64,000 nucleotides of DNA from Vicugna vicugna (taxonomy: Eukaryota). This document shows positions 51,198 to 64,000 of this stretch, piece after piece. The notes under the pieces were generated by a model that made no database searches, had not been told where the DNA came from, and saw only the letters and a program-made list of their open reading frames with translations. The translations under genes were made by a program, and so were the position numbers. Within the stretch, counting starts at the first letter, position 1. Every line of letters starts with the position of its first letter. The stretch is from contig MU058451.1 in NCBI GenBank assembly GCA_013265495.1, positions 1,010,584 through 1,074,583 of the forward strand, read 5' to 3'.

Positions 51198-51420
51198 ATA
51201 GTATTGTGGTTAAGAGTGCAGGTTCTTTGACTTGTAACTCTTGTTCCTTCTTGTATTCCCTTGGGTAGGTTATCTAACCTCCTTAAGCCGCAGTTTCTTC
51301 ATCTGTCAAATAGGAAAAACAATATACACAACTCCTAAGATTATTCTAAAGGTTGAGGTCCTCCAGGTAAAATGGCTTAGAAACTGCTCTTGGCATTGAG
51401 TGAGCATTCAATAATTGTTC
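51198..51420 (+). mobile_element. MIR SINE
   Basis: tagtattgtggttaagagtgcagg...cttgggtaggttatctaacctccttaagccgcagtttcttcatctgtcaaatagg. Confidence 0.85.
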
Positions 51421-54400
51421 ATTGTTGTTGCTATGATTAGTACCACTTTCTGAATAATTTTTACTTTCAATTTTATTTTCTCTTTGAGTTATTGGTTATT
51501 TAAAAATGGATTTCTTAATTTTTAATATCTAAGAGTCTTTTGGTCTTCTTTTAGTTATTTATGTCTAGTTTTACTAGTTAATGATCAGATATTGCAATAG
51601 GTAAAACCTAAATTACTTTACTCTGTTAAAGTTTTCTTTGTGGCCAAATATATGATAATATTTTGTAAGTATTGCATAAAAATTTAAAAAGGCTAAAAGG
51701 TTTACATAAATGTGTATATTCTACTAATTCATGCTTGTAGACTGTATAATTCACATAATGTATTTATGTGCTTATAATTTTTATTTACTAAAGTTATCAA
51801 ATTCTGAAGGAAGTTTATTAAAGATTCCCATTGTAATTGAGTTTAAATAAACATCTTATATTTCTAGAATTTTTGTTCCTTATATATATGAATTCTGTGT
51901 CTTTTGAACTCCTTTGCTTTGTTAAATCTCTGATATATGACAAAATTTCTAAAAATTTACCTTATAATTTCCACCTATTTTTGTTCTGTCATGAGATTCT
52001 TCTCCCATTGATCTTTTAAACCACTGATTTAGTACCTAGAGGTGGCCATTTTCTTTTTCAGTTCACCTATTTTTAAAAAATTAACAGCAATGGGTTTTAG
52101 TCCCAGAAAATCTTTTCTATGTTGCCAGTGCAACTCTAATATTCTTTTTGTTTTTTTTTAATTAAAGTTTTACTTCATTGGAATCCAAAAATTTCAATTT
52201 GTTGGTTTTCCCTCAGATTATTGAGCCCCAATTAAATAGATTGTGGTTTTTCTTTGTCTGCTTATGGTTTTTGTTTTCCCTTAGCATTCATACAAGCCAG
52301 GCTATTATGGTCTCTCAAGTAGAGATAAGCGAGTGAACAATGAATGTCAATGATATTTATGTTCTTGCGGGCTGTCCAATCATTTCCCCCCGTTAAGCGG
52401 TGGGAGTTAGTCTCTTGTCCCAGGTTGGACAATTACAAGTAATGGTCTTTTCTCCAACCTCGGGAGCTGTAGGTTATTCTGCCCACCAGTGTAGGTTTCC
52501 TCCAAGTTCTGCAGAGTTGGTAGCAATGAGCCATCTGAGAGCCACATGCAGCAAATGGGCAGGTTACTACCTCTTGGATTCTCAGGGAATTACAATTTGT
52601 GACCAATTTCCCCAAACCTCAATGAGAGGTGAACTTTTATTTTGCTTTGCTCTCTCTCAGGTTCGAGATGAAGTCGGGGTTTATTAGCAATAATAAGCTG
52701 AAAATGGGGGGTGAGTGGGGGTAATCTCTGGTTGAAATAAAAAAAATTCATTCAAAATAACAACAAAAATGATAAGATGCCAAAGAACAAATTTAAGAAA
52801 TTTTATAAAGAAAACAGTAAATTATTATTAAATATTATAGACCCAAACACATGAGTAAAATGTAACATGCTCAAACATAGGAAGTCTTAATACTCTAAAT
52901 TAAATGAATAAGATAGAACCATGTCTATAAACCTGAAGGGATATGCATTTGCAAGTGAAAAAGCGAGGTACAGAGTAATATGCATGGTATGATATCATTT
53001 TTGAAAACAAAAGCACACCTAATAAATAACATACATGTTTAGAAAAGGATGGAGAAAGTTAAGATACATCCCAAGCTGATAGCAACTGGTCACTTCAAGA
53101 GGATGGGAATGGAAGGGAACTGAGGGGAGGTCACTTTTTCTTTAAACATATTTGGATTGTTTCACTTCTTAAATTGCATCCTTGATATTTGTAACTTTAA
53201 ATACATCATCAAAGATGTTTAAAACGTAATCGTTCTTGTTTGGGGTACAGGTTGTAAGGTAATTTGGCTATAGCATCACGACTGGGAAAGAAAGAAGCAC
53301 TGTGAAGTCAGTTTCAAACCAATGTCACAACCCATTAATGGGTCTTGAAGTGACATAACTGGTTTGTTATTAACATTTTTTGAAAAATGGAATAGAAAAT
53401 AAAATAACCGAGGGCATCACCCCTAATAAGGGTAAGTATCACTCCCTGAATTTTTTTTTCAGGCATATAGATGTTCACACATACAAATGTGTTTGTACTA
53501 GATTGTGATGGAAAATATTTTCAACTGTGGGCTGCTGTTAAAAAAGTTTAAAGGTCACTGCTTTTAGAAGTAAAAATGACAGAACACATCAACTGATAGA
53601 TTCTGCAGTAAAGGAAGAGAGTCAAATAATGTTAAGGTTTAGAACTCTAGAAAATGAAAGAAAAATACACTTCATCATATTTCATTTGGTCTAGCCACCT
53701 CCAGGAATCCATCTCTTTAATTAACATCTACTCCAAGATGTCAGAACAAAATTAGGATCCAGGTCAATTGTTAAAAATAAGAGTAGTCCACAGGTGCCAA
53801 CCTGATATCATATCAGGCATTCCAAGAAGGCAAATGATTACAAATAGGCCTCCTCTTCCAGGACCTAATATTCTGTTGTTACATTGCATTCTCTTTTCTG
53901 AATCATTGTCCATTCCAGGGCAGCTCTCTCTCTCTCTCTCCCTCTCTCTCTCTCTTTAAACAACCATTTAGAACAATGATTACTTAGTCATCCCACTGTC
54001 ATTCCCACTCTCACCTCTTCTCCAACCTTTTTCTAGTTAGCTATCTCTTTAACACACAGAATAGAGACCAGTCAGAATTAAAAACTAGACCCCTCTCTCC
54101 TTTGAGCTACCCAATGTTCCCAGTAAAGACACCTACAAAACCAAGACTTCATTCCCTTACTAGTTCACATGGTGGTCTCTCTCTTCTTGAACATAAGCAC
54201 ATACAGCCATTGAATGTAGGGTAAGTTTTCTGTTTTGTTTTAAATTGATCTTTATTTCCTCAGTACCTAGTACTATGCCTGGTACATAGTCTATAATGAG
54301 TGAATAAATGAATACATACTAAGTCACTCACTAAATTTTAACTCCATAATTTACAAACTTTGCTTCATAAATGTCCATTTTCCTGTATCTTAAACTACTA

Positions 54401-56087
54401 ATCATCTGGATCTTTTCCTTTATTATTCTGTATGCATGTATGAGCTTTCCATATTAAACTATTTCCTTCCTTCATGTCACTGCCAAACATTCTGGAAAAC
54501 TAGTCAAATTTTTCTACCTTCACTTTCTCAACTTGCATTCACTCCTGAACTCTTAAAATATGGCTTCCCCTGATCAAAATATTAGGTCCAACTGCAATTT
54601 ACAAGAAATATGGATGACAAAGGAACACATCAAAATACAACAGAGAGGAGGTGGCCAAGATGGTGGAGTGAGAAGACTCCAAACTTACGTCCCACTGACA
54701 CACCAAAATTACAACTACTTATAAAGCAGCTATCTATGAAAATGATCTAAAGACTAGTAGAAAGGATTTCTCACAATTAAAGATGTAAAGAAAGAATTAC
54801 AATGAGATCAGGAATAGGGGCAGACATGCAGTATAGTCAGGACCCACAAAGAGGAAGAATTTCAATCACAGAGGAGCAAGGAGCAAGGGGTCTGAACACC
54901 ATATAGGGTTCCCCAGCCCAGGGATCCTGCACTGGGAATATAAGCACCCAGAACATGTGGCTTTGAAAACCAGCAGGGCTGATGTTTTTGGGAGAGCTGG
55001 AGGGCTTTAGGAAACAGAAACTCCACTCTTAAAGGGCATGTGCCAAATCTCACATGCTCTGAGTCCCAGCATACAGGCAGTAATTTAAAAGAAGCCTGGG
55101 TCAGACCCACTTGCTGATCTTGGAGAGCCTTTCATAGTGGCAGAAGGAAACTGCAACTCCCCCTGGGGAGGAAGATGCAGTAACAGTAGCCATTTTGGGG
55201 TGCATGTTCCATCACAAGGACACTGATGCTGGCAAGTGCCACTTTGGAATCCTCTCTCTAGCATACAAGCACCAAGGGCTTACCCACCCACCAGTGGGCT
55301 GCCACCAGCCCCAAGCCCACATGCAGTGAGACAGCCACACTGAAATGTGGCTCCACATTTCAATAGGCTGGCACCGGTTCCATGTTCCCCTGGGCTGGGC
55401 ATCCAACCACACGGGAAGCCTACCTTGCCCTCCAGCAGGCCTGCAGTCAGTGCATGACACAAGGTCTGCTTGGCCAGACTCATCAAGAAAAAGAGGGAGT
55501 CCAAACAAACATAATCAGAAATGAAAGGTGAGAAGCTGCAACTGATACCACAGAAATGCAAAGGATCATATGAGATTCCTATGTTATATGCCAATAAAAT
55601 GACCTTGAAGAAATGAACAAATTCTTAGAAATGTATACTCTTTCCAAGACGAAACAGAAAGGAATAGCAAATATAAACAGACCAATTACCAGCAGTAAAA
55701 ATAAATCAGAAATAAGTAATTCCTAACAAACAAAAGTCCAAGATCAGATGGCTTCACAGGTAAATTCTAAAGAAGAGCTATTACCTATCATTCTCAAACT
55801 ACTATAAAAAAATTGAAGAGGGAGGAATGCTGCCAAATTCATTCTATGAGGGCAGCATCACCCTGATATCAAAACCTGGCTAAAACACCACAAGAAAAGA
55901 AAATTAAAATCCAATATTACTGATGAGCATAAAGTCCTCAATCATATATTAGCAAACTGAATTCAACAATCATTAAAAGGATCATACACCATAATCAAGT
56001 GGGATTTATCCTAGGGATGCAAGGATGGTTCAATATTGGTAAATCAATCAATGTGATGCACCACATTAACACATTGAAACAAAACAT

Positions 56088-56729
56088 TTGATCCACTCAA
56101 CAGATGGAGAGAGATCTTTTGACAAAATTCAACATCCATTTATGATAAAAACTCTCAACAACATAGGTATACAGGTAGCATATCTCGATATAATAAAGGC
56201 CATATATGACAAGCCCACAGCCAACATCATATTCGACAGTGAAAAACTGAAAGCATTTCCCCTAAGATCAGGAAGAAGACAAGAATGTCCACTCTTGACA
56301 CTTTTACTCAATATAATATTGAAATTCCTAGCCATAGTTATCAGTCATGAAAGAAGGGGGATTGAAATTGGAAATGAAGAAGTAAAGCTGTCACTATCTG
56401 CAGATGAGATGATACTATATATAGAAAATCCTAAAGACACTACCAGAAAACTATTAGAACAAATAAATGAATTCACTAAAGTTGTAGGACGCAAAATTAA
56501 TATACAGAAGTCTGTTCCATTTTTATACACTAATATCAAACTATTGGAAAGAGACATTAAGAAAGCAATCCCATTTACAATTGTTTTGAAAAGAATAAAA
56601 TACCTAGGAATAAACCTAACAAAACAAGTAAAAGACTTTTACTCTAGAAACCATAAGACATTGATAAAAGAAACTGAAGACTATGCAACAAATGGAGAGA
56701 TATACTGTGCTCATGGATTGGAAGAATGA
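56088..56729 (+). pseudogene. L1 ORF2 reverse-transcriptase fragment (non-functional)
   Basis: FDKIQHPFMIKTL...AIYDKPTANII...LKAFPLRSGRRQECPL...KLSLSADEMILYIENPK...IKYLGINLTK. The catalytic FADD motif has decayed to SADE, and the frame is broken on both sides. Confidence 0.95.
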
Positions 56730-56960
56730 ATATTGTTAAAATGACCATACTGCCCAAGGCAATCTATAGATTCAATGCAATCCCTATCAAAATACCAAAA
56801 ACATTTTTCATAGACTAAAATAATTCTAAACTTTGTATGAAAACACAAAAGACCCTAAACAGCCAAAAACGATCTTGAGAAAGAAGAACAAAACTGGAGG
56901 GATCAGGCTCCCTGACTTCAAACTATACTACAAAGCTACAGTGATCAAAACAGCATTGCA

Positions 56961-57127
56961 GGGTAAGGTATAGCTCAGTGGTAGCACACATGCTTAATAT
57001 GAACAAGGTGCTGGGTTCAGTCCCCAACACCTTCATTCACTCAATCATTCAAACCACCTCCCCCCACAAACAAAAATAAAACAAAAAAATAAGTAAAAAA
57101 TTTTAAAAATCAATTAAAAAAAAAACC
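56961..57127 (+). mobile_element. tRNA-derived SINE (camelid Vic-1-like) nested in L1 ORF2
   Basis: gggtaaggtatagctcagtggtag (A box)...gggttcagtcccc (B box), followed by an A-rich tail. TSD: aaacagcatt (56948-56957) / aaacaacatt (57128-57137). Confidence 0.85.
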
Positions 57128-59431
57128 AAACAACATTATGGTACTGAAACAAAAACAGACACATAGATCAATGGAGCAGAATAAACAGTCCAGAAATAAA
57201 CCTACACTTATATGGTCAATTAATCTTTGACAAAGGAGACAGGAATATAAAATACAATATATAATATAATATATAAAAATAAACTGAAAATGGGTTGAAG
57301 ACTTAAACATTAGACTGAAACTATAAAACTCCTAGAAGAAAACATAGGCAGTAGCCTCTTTGACATCAGCCTTAGCAGTATTTTGAGGGATCTGTTTTCT
57401 CAGGCAAGAACAAAATAACAAAATAAACAAAAGCAAAATAAACAAATGAGACTACATCAAATGAAAAGGCTTTTGCATGGTGAAGGAGACAATCAGCAAA
57501 ACAAAAGGCAGCATGGTGAATGGGAAAAGATACTTGCAAACGGTGTATTCCATATGGAGTGAATATCTAAAATATACAAGTATTCATAAACTCAACATCA
57601 AAGAACACATAATTCAATTAAAAAATGTGCAGGGACCTAAATAGACATTTTTCCAAAGAAGACATACAGACGGCTAACAGAACCAAGAAAAGGTGCTCAA
57701 CATCACTCATCATCTGTGAAATACAAATCAAAATCAAAATGAGATACCACGTCACACCTGTCAGAATGGCTGTCTTCCGAAAGACACAAATAACAAGTGT
57801 TGATGAATATGTGGGAAAAAGGGAAACTTGTGCACTGCTGGTGGAATGTAAGTTGGTACAGCCACCATGGAAAACAGTCTAAGATTTCTCAAAAAATTAA
57901 AAATAGAACTACCATATGATAGAGCAATTCCATTTCTGGGGATTTTTCCAAAGAAAAGAAAACACTAATTTGAAGAGATATATGCACCCCTATGTTTGCT
58001 GCAGCATTATTTACAACAGTCAAAATACAGAAGCACCCACAGATAGATGAATAGATAAAGAAGATATGGTGTATATATACATATAATGGAATATTATTCA
58101 GCCATAAAAATGAAATCTTGACATTTGCAACAACATGGTTGGATCTACAGGGTATTATGCTAAGTGAATTAAGTCAGACAGAGGAAGATAAACACTCCGT
58201 GGCTTCACTTATACATGGAATCTAAAAAACAAAACAAACAAAACAAAGTAAAAACAGACTCACAGATGCAGAGAACGGGTAGCTGCCAGAGGGGAGGATG
58301 AAATAAGTGAAGGGGATTAAGAGGGACGAAGTTCCAGTTATAAAATAAATGAACCACGGGGATGTAACATACAGCATAAGGAATGAAGTCAATAATACTG
58401 CAATAACTTTGTGTGGCTAACAGACTCATTGCAGTGATCATTTCATAATGTATGGAAATCATCATGCAGTAAACCTGAAATCAACATAATATTGTACATC
58501 AACTCTATATCCATTTTAAAATGTCAATTAAAAATGAATAAATGAAATAAAATAAAACACAGCATTGGGATGTAATCAGCAGAATCAGGTTGAGAAAACA
58601 GAATCATCATGCAAAGTCAAAGCCACAGGTAAAAGAGCCAAGGTTTAATTCTACAAAATGAGGGAAGGAGCAAAATGGAGAGACTTGCAAAGGTAGAAGT
58701 TTGGAGGTTCCGAAGTGGAATAGAATCAAAGATGAGCAGAAAGTCAAGATGATCGTTAAAATGTCAATACAAGTGTGTTCTGGGGCTCCAGCACCTGTGT
58801 GGTGGTGGTGGTGACAGCCTGGGCCAGCAGCCCGCCTTTCTGACAGGACCTGCTCAAACTCTTGCTTCAGCAACTCCCATTACACCTAGATACACAGCAA
58901 GTATTTGAGTGCCTTCCATATGCTCAGTATATTATCCTAGTTCTGCTTCTCATTTTACTTACACCAATTGTTCTTAAACTTTCAGGGGGGCATGGCTCCT
59001 TTGGGAGTCCAGTGAAAGGCATGAACTATTTCCCTAGGATAAAGTGCCCGTAAACACCTATTCACAAAATTTGGCGTGCCATTTATTTTATTGCATTGGA
59101 AATTTACTTCAGATATGAAGACTATAAAACAATCTTCATGTTACAAATCAAAGACTAGCCATTTTTGATAATGAGAAAGGAACAAAGGCGTTTTCAACAA
59201 AAGTAACCTAATTGTGTTCAAAAGTAAATTTCCATGCCGTTGTTTCACTTGACAGCAATGCTGTTAACCATTGTATAGTTCATGATTCAACACATTTGTG
59301 CCATTTTTAGATATTCAATCAATTTTGAATTTCTATTTAGTTAATAACGACTGCTAAAAATCTTACTCCTAAAGGTATGCCCCAAGAAAGGAATTATTTC
59401 GCTTTGTTCCCTCTGTTAGTTGAAGATTAAG

Positions 59432-59860
59432 TGTTACAAGTTGGGTTTCCTAGAGAATACTGTCTAAGACAATTAGCACTCGGTCAGTTGATGAGGGTGT
59501 GCTGTTGGGGTCAACACTGTGGGAGGGAAGAAGGAAAGTAGGATGGGCAGCGAAAGAAGCTGCCTGCAAGGCAGGCTTCAGGAAGGCTTTGGCCACACAA
59601 GAGAAGGCCCTGAGGGGTAACCTGAGTTAGGGCTAGAAGCAGGGCCACTGGGCTCCCATATTAGATAGTCCTGGGATGCACGCTGCCCCGGGAAGGTTGT
59701 GCCCTCAGGCAAGGCTGTGCTTTTCAGCCCAGGCAATCCTGAGAGAGCTGACAGCTGGCAAGCGCCTTCCAGCCGCACTGCCAGTGGCAATCCCAGCAGC
59801 TGGGAATAAGTCTTCATTCCGGACGGGGGATCTGGGCAGCACGTGACAGTGTTCGCTGCA
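59432..59860. mobile_element. ERVL-class solo LTR remnant
   Basis: tgttacaagttgggtttcctagaga...gtgctgttggggtcaacactgtgggaggga...ggcaaggctgtgcttttcagc...gagagctgacagctg resembles old ERVL LTRs. Confidence 0.6.
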
Positions 59861-60809
59861 GGAGGCTCCAGTCAGGAAACACCAGGATTCTCGAAGACTC
59901 CTTGAACTGAATTCTTATCCCATCATTTCTGTGTCCAGTTCATACTCCACCTTTGACACGGTCTGCCGTCTTTCTCGTTTTCACTGCAGACAAATGGCTA
60001 CAGCGTTATCACTCTTGGCTCGTCTATAGACACACTTGCCCAGCACTAAAAATTTCACATTAAAACCCACCTGAAATGACCCTCTCCTAGTTTCCTTAGG
60101 CTGTTTTCTAAGAGTTCCTTCAGATTCTTGAAATAAAGTAATTACCTCAATCATATATGTCTAAATTTTCTGCAAAGTCAATCAAGCTGGGTTGGAGCTC
60201 TGGTCAATATTCTGAGTGGCTTCTCTCTTTACTTAGAGGAGATGAAATGTCCATTTGATGGTTAAGTACTTTAAAGCCTCGACCTCTGGGATGCCTGTGA
60301 ACTTCAGGTATTCCACTATTCAGAAGAAGCAGAGAAAGCTGTTATATTGTTTCCCCATTTCTGAACTAAACTTCTGGAAAAGTGACTTGATTTAAATCTG
60401 CAGCTCTAATTGAGTCCATGAATCTCATGTAAGATGATTGTTTGGAAAATCCTTCAATAAAATAACAAATTCTGACATGTTCTGGGGCCTTGCAGATTTT
60501 CCACTTATTTGTGGAAGATCAATATTTTTTTTCTGACTCAAAACTTATAAAATAGAATCTCTTTTTTTTTTATCAGTATGCACATCACAGAAGAAAACCA
60601 GAGACACTAGGCATCAGATGTTTTATCTGGCTGTAATCTGAAGGGAATTAGAGGAGTATCAGTGAGTCTTAGTGACATCCTTTGATGAAGGAACCACTTC
60701 AGTTTTCTTCCTCTGCCTCTGCCCATTTTCAGAGCACTTTGAGGTTGCGCTAATTTTGACCCCATTTATTTGGATTCGAGGCAATCACCCTTATAATAAC
60801 AACAAAGCT

Positions 60810-61070
60810 ACTAGTTATTGAGGGCCTTCTACATGTCACATACAGTTCTGAGTGTTTTACTTGTATTGCCTCAGTTAATTCCCACAATAACCCAACGGCA
60901 CAAGTACCACACTATTGCTCCCATTTTACAGATTCCCATTTTTAGACGAGAAGATTGATACCAAATGTGTTAATGGCCATCCTACACTCACATAACTAGC
61001 GAGTGGAAAGCTAGGACTCAAATGCACATGACTCCTTGACTTTAGAGTCCACTCTCTTAACTGCACTATA
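60810..61070 (-). mobile_element. MIR SINE
   Basis: ttattgagggccttctacatgtcacatacagttctgagtgttttac...cccattttacaga...gactttagagtccactctcttaactgcactata. Confidence 0.8.
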
Positions 61071-61202
61071 TGGGGTTTCAAGCATCTCTGGCAGACAAAT
61101 TGTGGTTTGGGAGTCATCCCAATATTTTTAAGTTGAGCCTTCCTCTCACCAAAGAATTTCCTCTCACCAAAGAATTCTTCTGCCTTGCCTGGGATGCTTT
61201 CT

Positions 61203-61212
61203 CACACACACA

Positions 61213-61260
<48 letters not shown>
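61203..61260. repeat. (CA)5 CT (CA)23 microsatellite
   Basis: Read directly from the sequence. Confidence 0.97.
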
Positions 61261-61262
<2 letters not shown>

Positions 61263-61569
61263 GCTGCTTCTTTAGTTTCTCTGGCTTCATGCTTCCATCG
61301 ATAGGAAGCCCTGGGGCTCCTTGCTGCGTTTTCAGCAACAGAAGTAGAATCAAAGAGAGCTGAGCCCTGTCCCACTTTCAGTATCGTTTTTCAGTAAAGG
61401 CCAAGGCCAATATAAACAAGACAAATTTCTATGATCCTAATAGCAGATCTTTTATTTAATCCCTATATATTGGAGACGATGCTCAGTATCCTACCGTGGG
61501 GATAATGGCAAGTATGCATTGTTTGAGTATGCCCGCCTTATGTCTATCTAGAGTGTACATTAGCTATTG

Positions 61570-62012
61570 TTTGCATGTCCCGTTCTTCCTCCAGACCCAT
61601 TCTCTGCTCTTCTCCACCCTCTCCTGCCTCAGCAGGCTGGTCTCTGCAGACTATATCACCCAGGCTCCCATCCAATGACCTTCAATTGGACTTGGCCAAT
61701 GGGAAGCTCGAGGAGGACCATCAGAGGATGGGAGGAGAGTGGTAGGTGTGTTTCTTCCCTGCTCCCTCCTGCTGTGTGCCACGGTTTTCCCAGGGTCTGC
61801 TTCCCTCCAGGACCGCAGCTCCCCCTCAGTAGTCCTTCCTCCATGGCGCCAGCACTCTTTGGACATCCCAGTGCTGGCAGTCTCTTGGTGCATCACCATG
61901 CCTTATTATCCCCTTAACCTTGCCAACACCTATGTAAAGAGCTCCCTTATTAAATACACTTCATTTGTATCACCTGAGTGGAATTCTGTCTTCTGCTGGG
62001 ACTTGAACCGAT
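61570..62012 (+). mobile_element. ERVL solo LTR (LTR16-like)
   Basis: ttggccaatgggaagc...atcagaggatgggaggagag...cttccctgctccctcc...cccttattaaa (polyA signal)...tctgtcttctgctgggac. Confidence 0.7.
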
Positions 62013-62239
62013 TCCGAGTAAAAGAGTGCAATCTAATAAGAATATTTGAGATATAAAAGAAAAATAAACAATTTTTCTAAATAAGAGGGCGAAGATGAAA
62101 GAAAACTATCATTGGGAAGCCTAATTCACAACTCCCTTAAAGCCCACATTTGCAGAGCCAAAACTCCTGCTTTTCACAGTCTTCCTGAGTGAGCCAGGTC
62201 TCTTCTCATGACTCCCAGTGTCACCTGAAATCTTGCACT

Positions 62240-62390
62240 AAAAGCATGGTCCCTGGACTGGCAGCCCCAGCATCGCCTGAGATCTTGCTAGAAAAGCAGA
62301 ATCTCAAGCCTTCTCCAGACCTACTGAATCAATATCTTTATTTAAAATAGTCTCAGTTATTCATACTCATATAAAAATTTGAAATACGTT
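62240..62390. mobile_element. MER5A-like hAT DNA transposon
   Basis: catggtccctggactggcagccccagcatcgcctgagatcttgctagaaaagcagaatctcaagcc...ccagacctactgaatca. Confidence 0.8.
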
Positions 62391-62428
62391 AGACAGACAT
62401 GATGAGCCTAAATTTTACATATTTAGTT

Positions 62429-62640
62429 CTGTGGTTCTCAACTGGAAGCAATTTCGTCCCTCAGGGAAATTTGTCAATGTTTGGAGACATTTGCGATTGT
62501 CACAACTGGGAAGTGCTGTTGGCTTCTAGAGAGAATACACCAAGGATGCTGCTAAACATTCTACAAGGTACCAGACAGCCCTGTACAACAAAGAATTCTC
62601 CACCTCCAAAGGTCAATAATGCCAAGGTTGAGAAACTCTG
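62429..62640. mobile_element. MER20 hAT DNA transposon, near full length
   Basis: Termini ctgtggttctcaac...gttgagaaactctg (inverted); internal caatgtttggagacattt...gtcacaactggg...ggatgctgctaaacattctacaa. Confidence 0.9.
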
Positions 62641-63499
62641 CTTCATCCTAACTCCTATGTCCCTTGGCCCATATTTTTGACTGCCCAAAACATATCTCTA
62701 TCTTGATATCTAGTGATAACTCAAATCATATTCTCTTACAATCACCATCATCATTCCCAGATCTCGATAATCCTTGCAACCAAACTCAGCTTTCCTAAAC
62801 TAGAAAACTGGAAGTCATCCTTGAAGGCCTCCCTTTCTCCATCCAATTGTTCATAAAATCTTGTCACTTTTACCTCCTCTGATAAAACCTTCCTTCACAC
62901 CTCCATCATTCTTGCCTCACCCACCACAGCAGCCATTTAGCTAGATTCTCTGCCTCTTGCCTCTCACTAGGTGAGCCTGCTCCTCACAATGATGCCTGAG
63001 CCACTTCCCTAAGGACAAATGTGATTCTCATTTTCCCATCTGAAAAGCTCTTCTGGTCCCCAACACTTGGTGTTGAAATTGCAAAATGTCCACTGAAGAT
63101 GATAAATTTGGTTCACACGATGTTTTTAAAACCAAGGAATTTCATAGAAAGTTTCACTTTTTTAGATTCTCCTTATAAAAATTAGAAGGTGAATCAACCC
63201 TGAGCTCAGAGTCACCTATAAATTTTTCTGCTGCTCTCTCAATGGGCATGAGCTGTTCAGTTTGTCTCCATGGCTTAATTCCATCATTTCTGAACCCATT
63301 TTTTTGCCTTGACCCCGTAAGCACTTTGGCTTGCAGAATAACATCTTTAAAAAGCCTTAAATTATGATTATGGTGATGCTGATGACACAAATTGGTCCTA
63401 ATTTATCTCTCCACCTCATCCTCCCCAACCCCCACACGAAAAAGAACTACATCATTATGGGTATTCAACATCCACGTTATCTCAGAAAACTGAACCAAT

Positions 63500-64000
63500 T
63501 CTTTTCTTTCATTTATTTGGCAAATATTCGTTGAGTGCCCTATTATATGCCAGACATTGTTCAAGGCAGAGGAGATACAGAAGAAAACAATACAAAGACA
63601 AAGTGCCTCCTCTCATGAAACCTATCTTCTGGGAAGACCAATATGTCAGACAGTGATGAGTGCTACGAAGAAAAACAAAACAGGGAGGATAAAGAATGGT
63701 GGGGTTGGGGCGTGAGGTGCTGTTTTGTACAGGGTTGCCAGGGAAGGCCTCTTTGATAGGAAAAGGTGGGCAAAGAGCTAAAGCAAGTGTGAAAGTAGGC
63801 TACAGAGATGGCTGGGGAGGAGCAGGTGGGAAGGCCTTGAGGTCTGAACATGCTTCAGGGAGCTGAGCATCTCCAAGGTCACTGCTGCTGGAGTGAAGTA
63901 AGCAAAGTGATAAGAAGTGGGGAATGAGACCAGACAATCAGTTAGGAAATCAGATTACAAAGGGGAGTTTTGTAGGCATGATGGGCAATTTTGATTTTAC
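63500..64000 (-). mobile_element. L2 LINE 3' region
   Basis: ttcatttatttggcaaatattcgttgagtgccctattatatgccagacattgttcaaggcagaggagatacag...cagggaaggcctctttgatagg. Confidence 0.8.

Larger units (their letters stand above)
54643..58553 (+). mobile_element. L1 with 5' UTR (~54643-55472) fused directly to decayed ORF2 (RT and C-terminal domains) and 3' UTR; ORF1 and endonuclease are absent
   Basis: It starts gagaggaggtggccaagatggtggag (YY1-type L1 5' end), has ORF2 homology from ~55473, and has a 3' UTR and A-rich tail to ~58553. Candidate TSD: aaaatacaaca (54632-54642) / aaaacacagca (58554-58564). Confidence 0.9.

Noticed and set aside
56088..56729. Functional or domesticated reverse transcriptase
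   Set aside because: The catalytic motif has decayed, the flanks are frameshifted and a SINE interrupts ORF2 downstream, so it is an ordinary dead L1.
56961..57035. tRNA gene
   Set aside because: It has A/B boxes but a degenerate cloverleaf, an A-rich tail and a TSD, so it is a tRNA-derived SINE.
1..64000. CRISPR array, operon or other prokaryotic/viral system
   Set aside because: I see no regularly spaced repeats and no gene-dense segments. The composition and repeats are those of a mammalian intron/intergenic region.

Overview
This is mammalian genomic DNA, most likely camelid, judged from a Vic-1-like tRNA-derived SINE and the style of the young L1 3' ends. It holds the 5' end of EYA1 (eyes absent homolog 1) on the minus strand. 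The visible parts are a CpG-island first exon (donor at 23012 or 23021), a 50-bp second exon (17816-17865) carrying the alternative MLLFPQVA start, and a 119-bp third exon (16159-16277) carrying the main MEMQDL start. Positions 1-16158 are the next intron; I found no further EYA1 exon in the window. Positions ~23600-64000 are upstream DNA, increasingly filled with L1, L2, MIR, LTR and hAT repeats. Nearly all ORF-track entries are spurious, apart from the EYA1 exon and an L1 ORF2 fragment. I see no novel multi-gene system. The best leads are: an in-frame 9-bp deletion in EYA1 (loss of SGP); an intricate EYA1 leader with tandem donors 9 nt apart, a dual-frame exon 2, uORFs and an in-frame CUG in good Kozak context; a 94-bp, 89%-identical inverted repeat pair flanking ~1 kb of non-repetitive-looking DNA; and an L1 whose 5' UTR is fused directly to mid-ORF2, possibly a spliced retrocopy. 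Repeat family names come from recognition of remembered consensus sequences, not from a search, and repeat boundaries are approximate.
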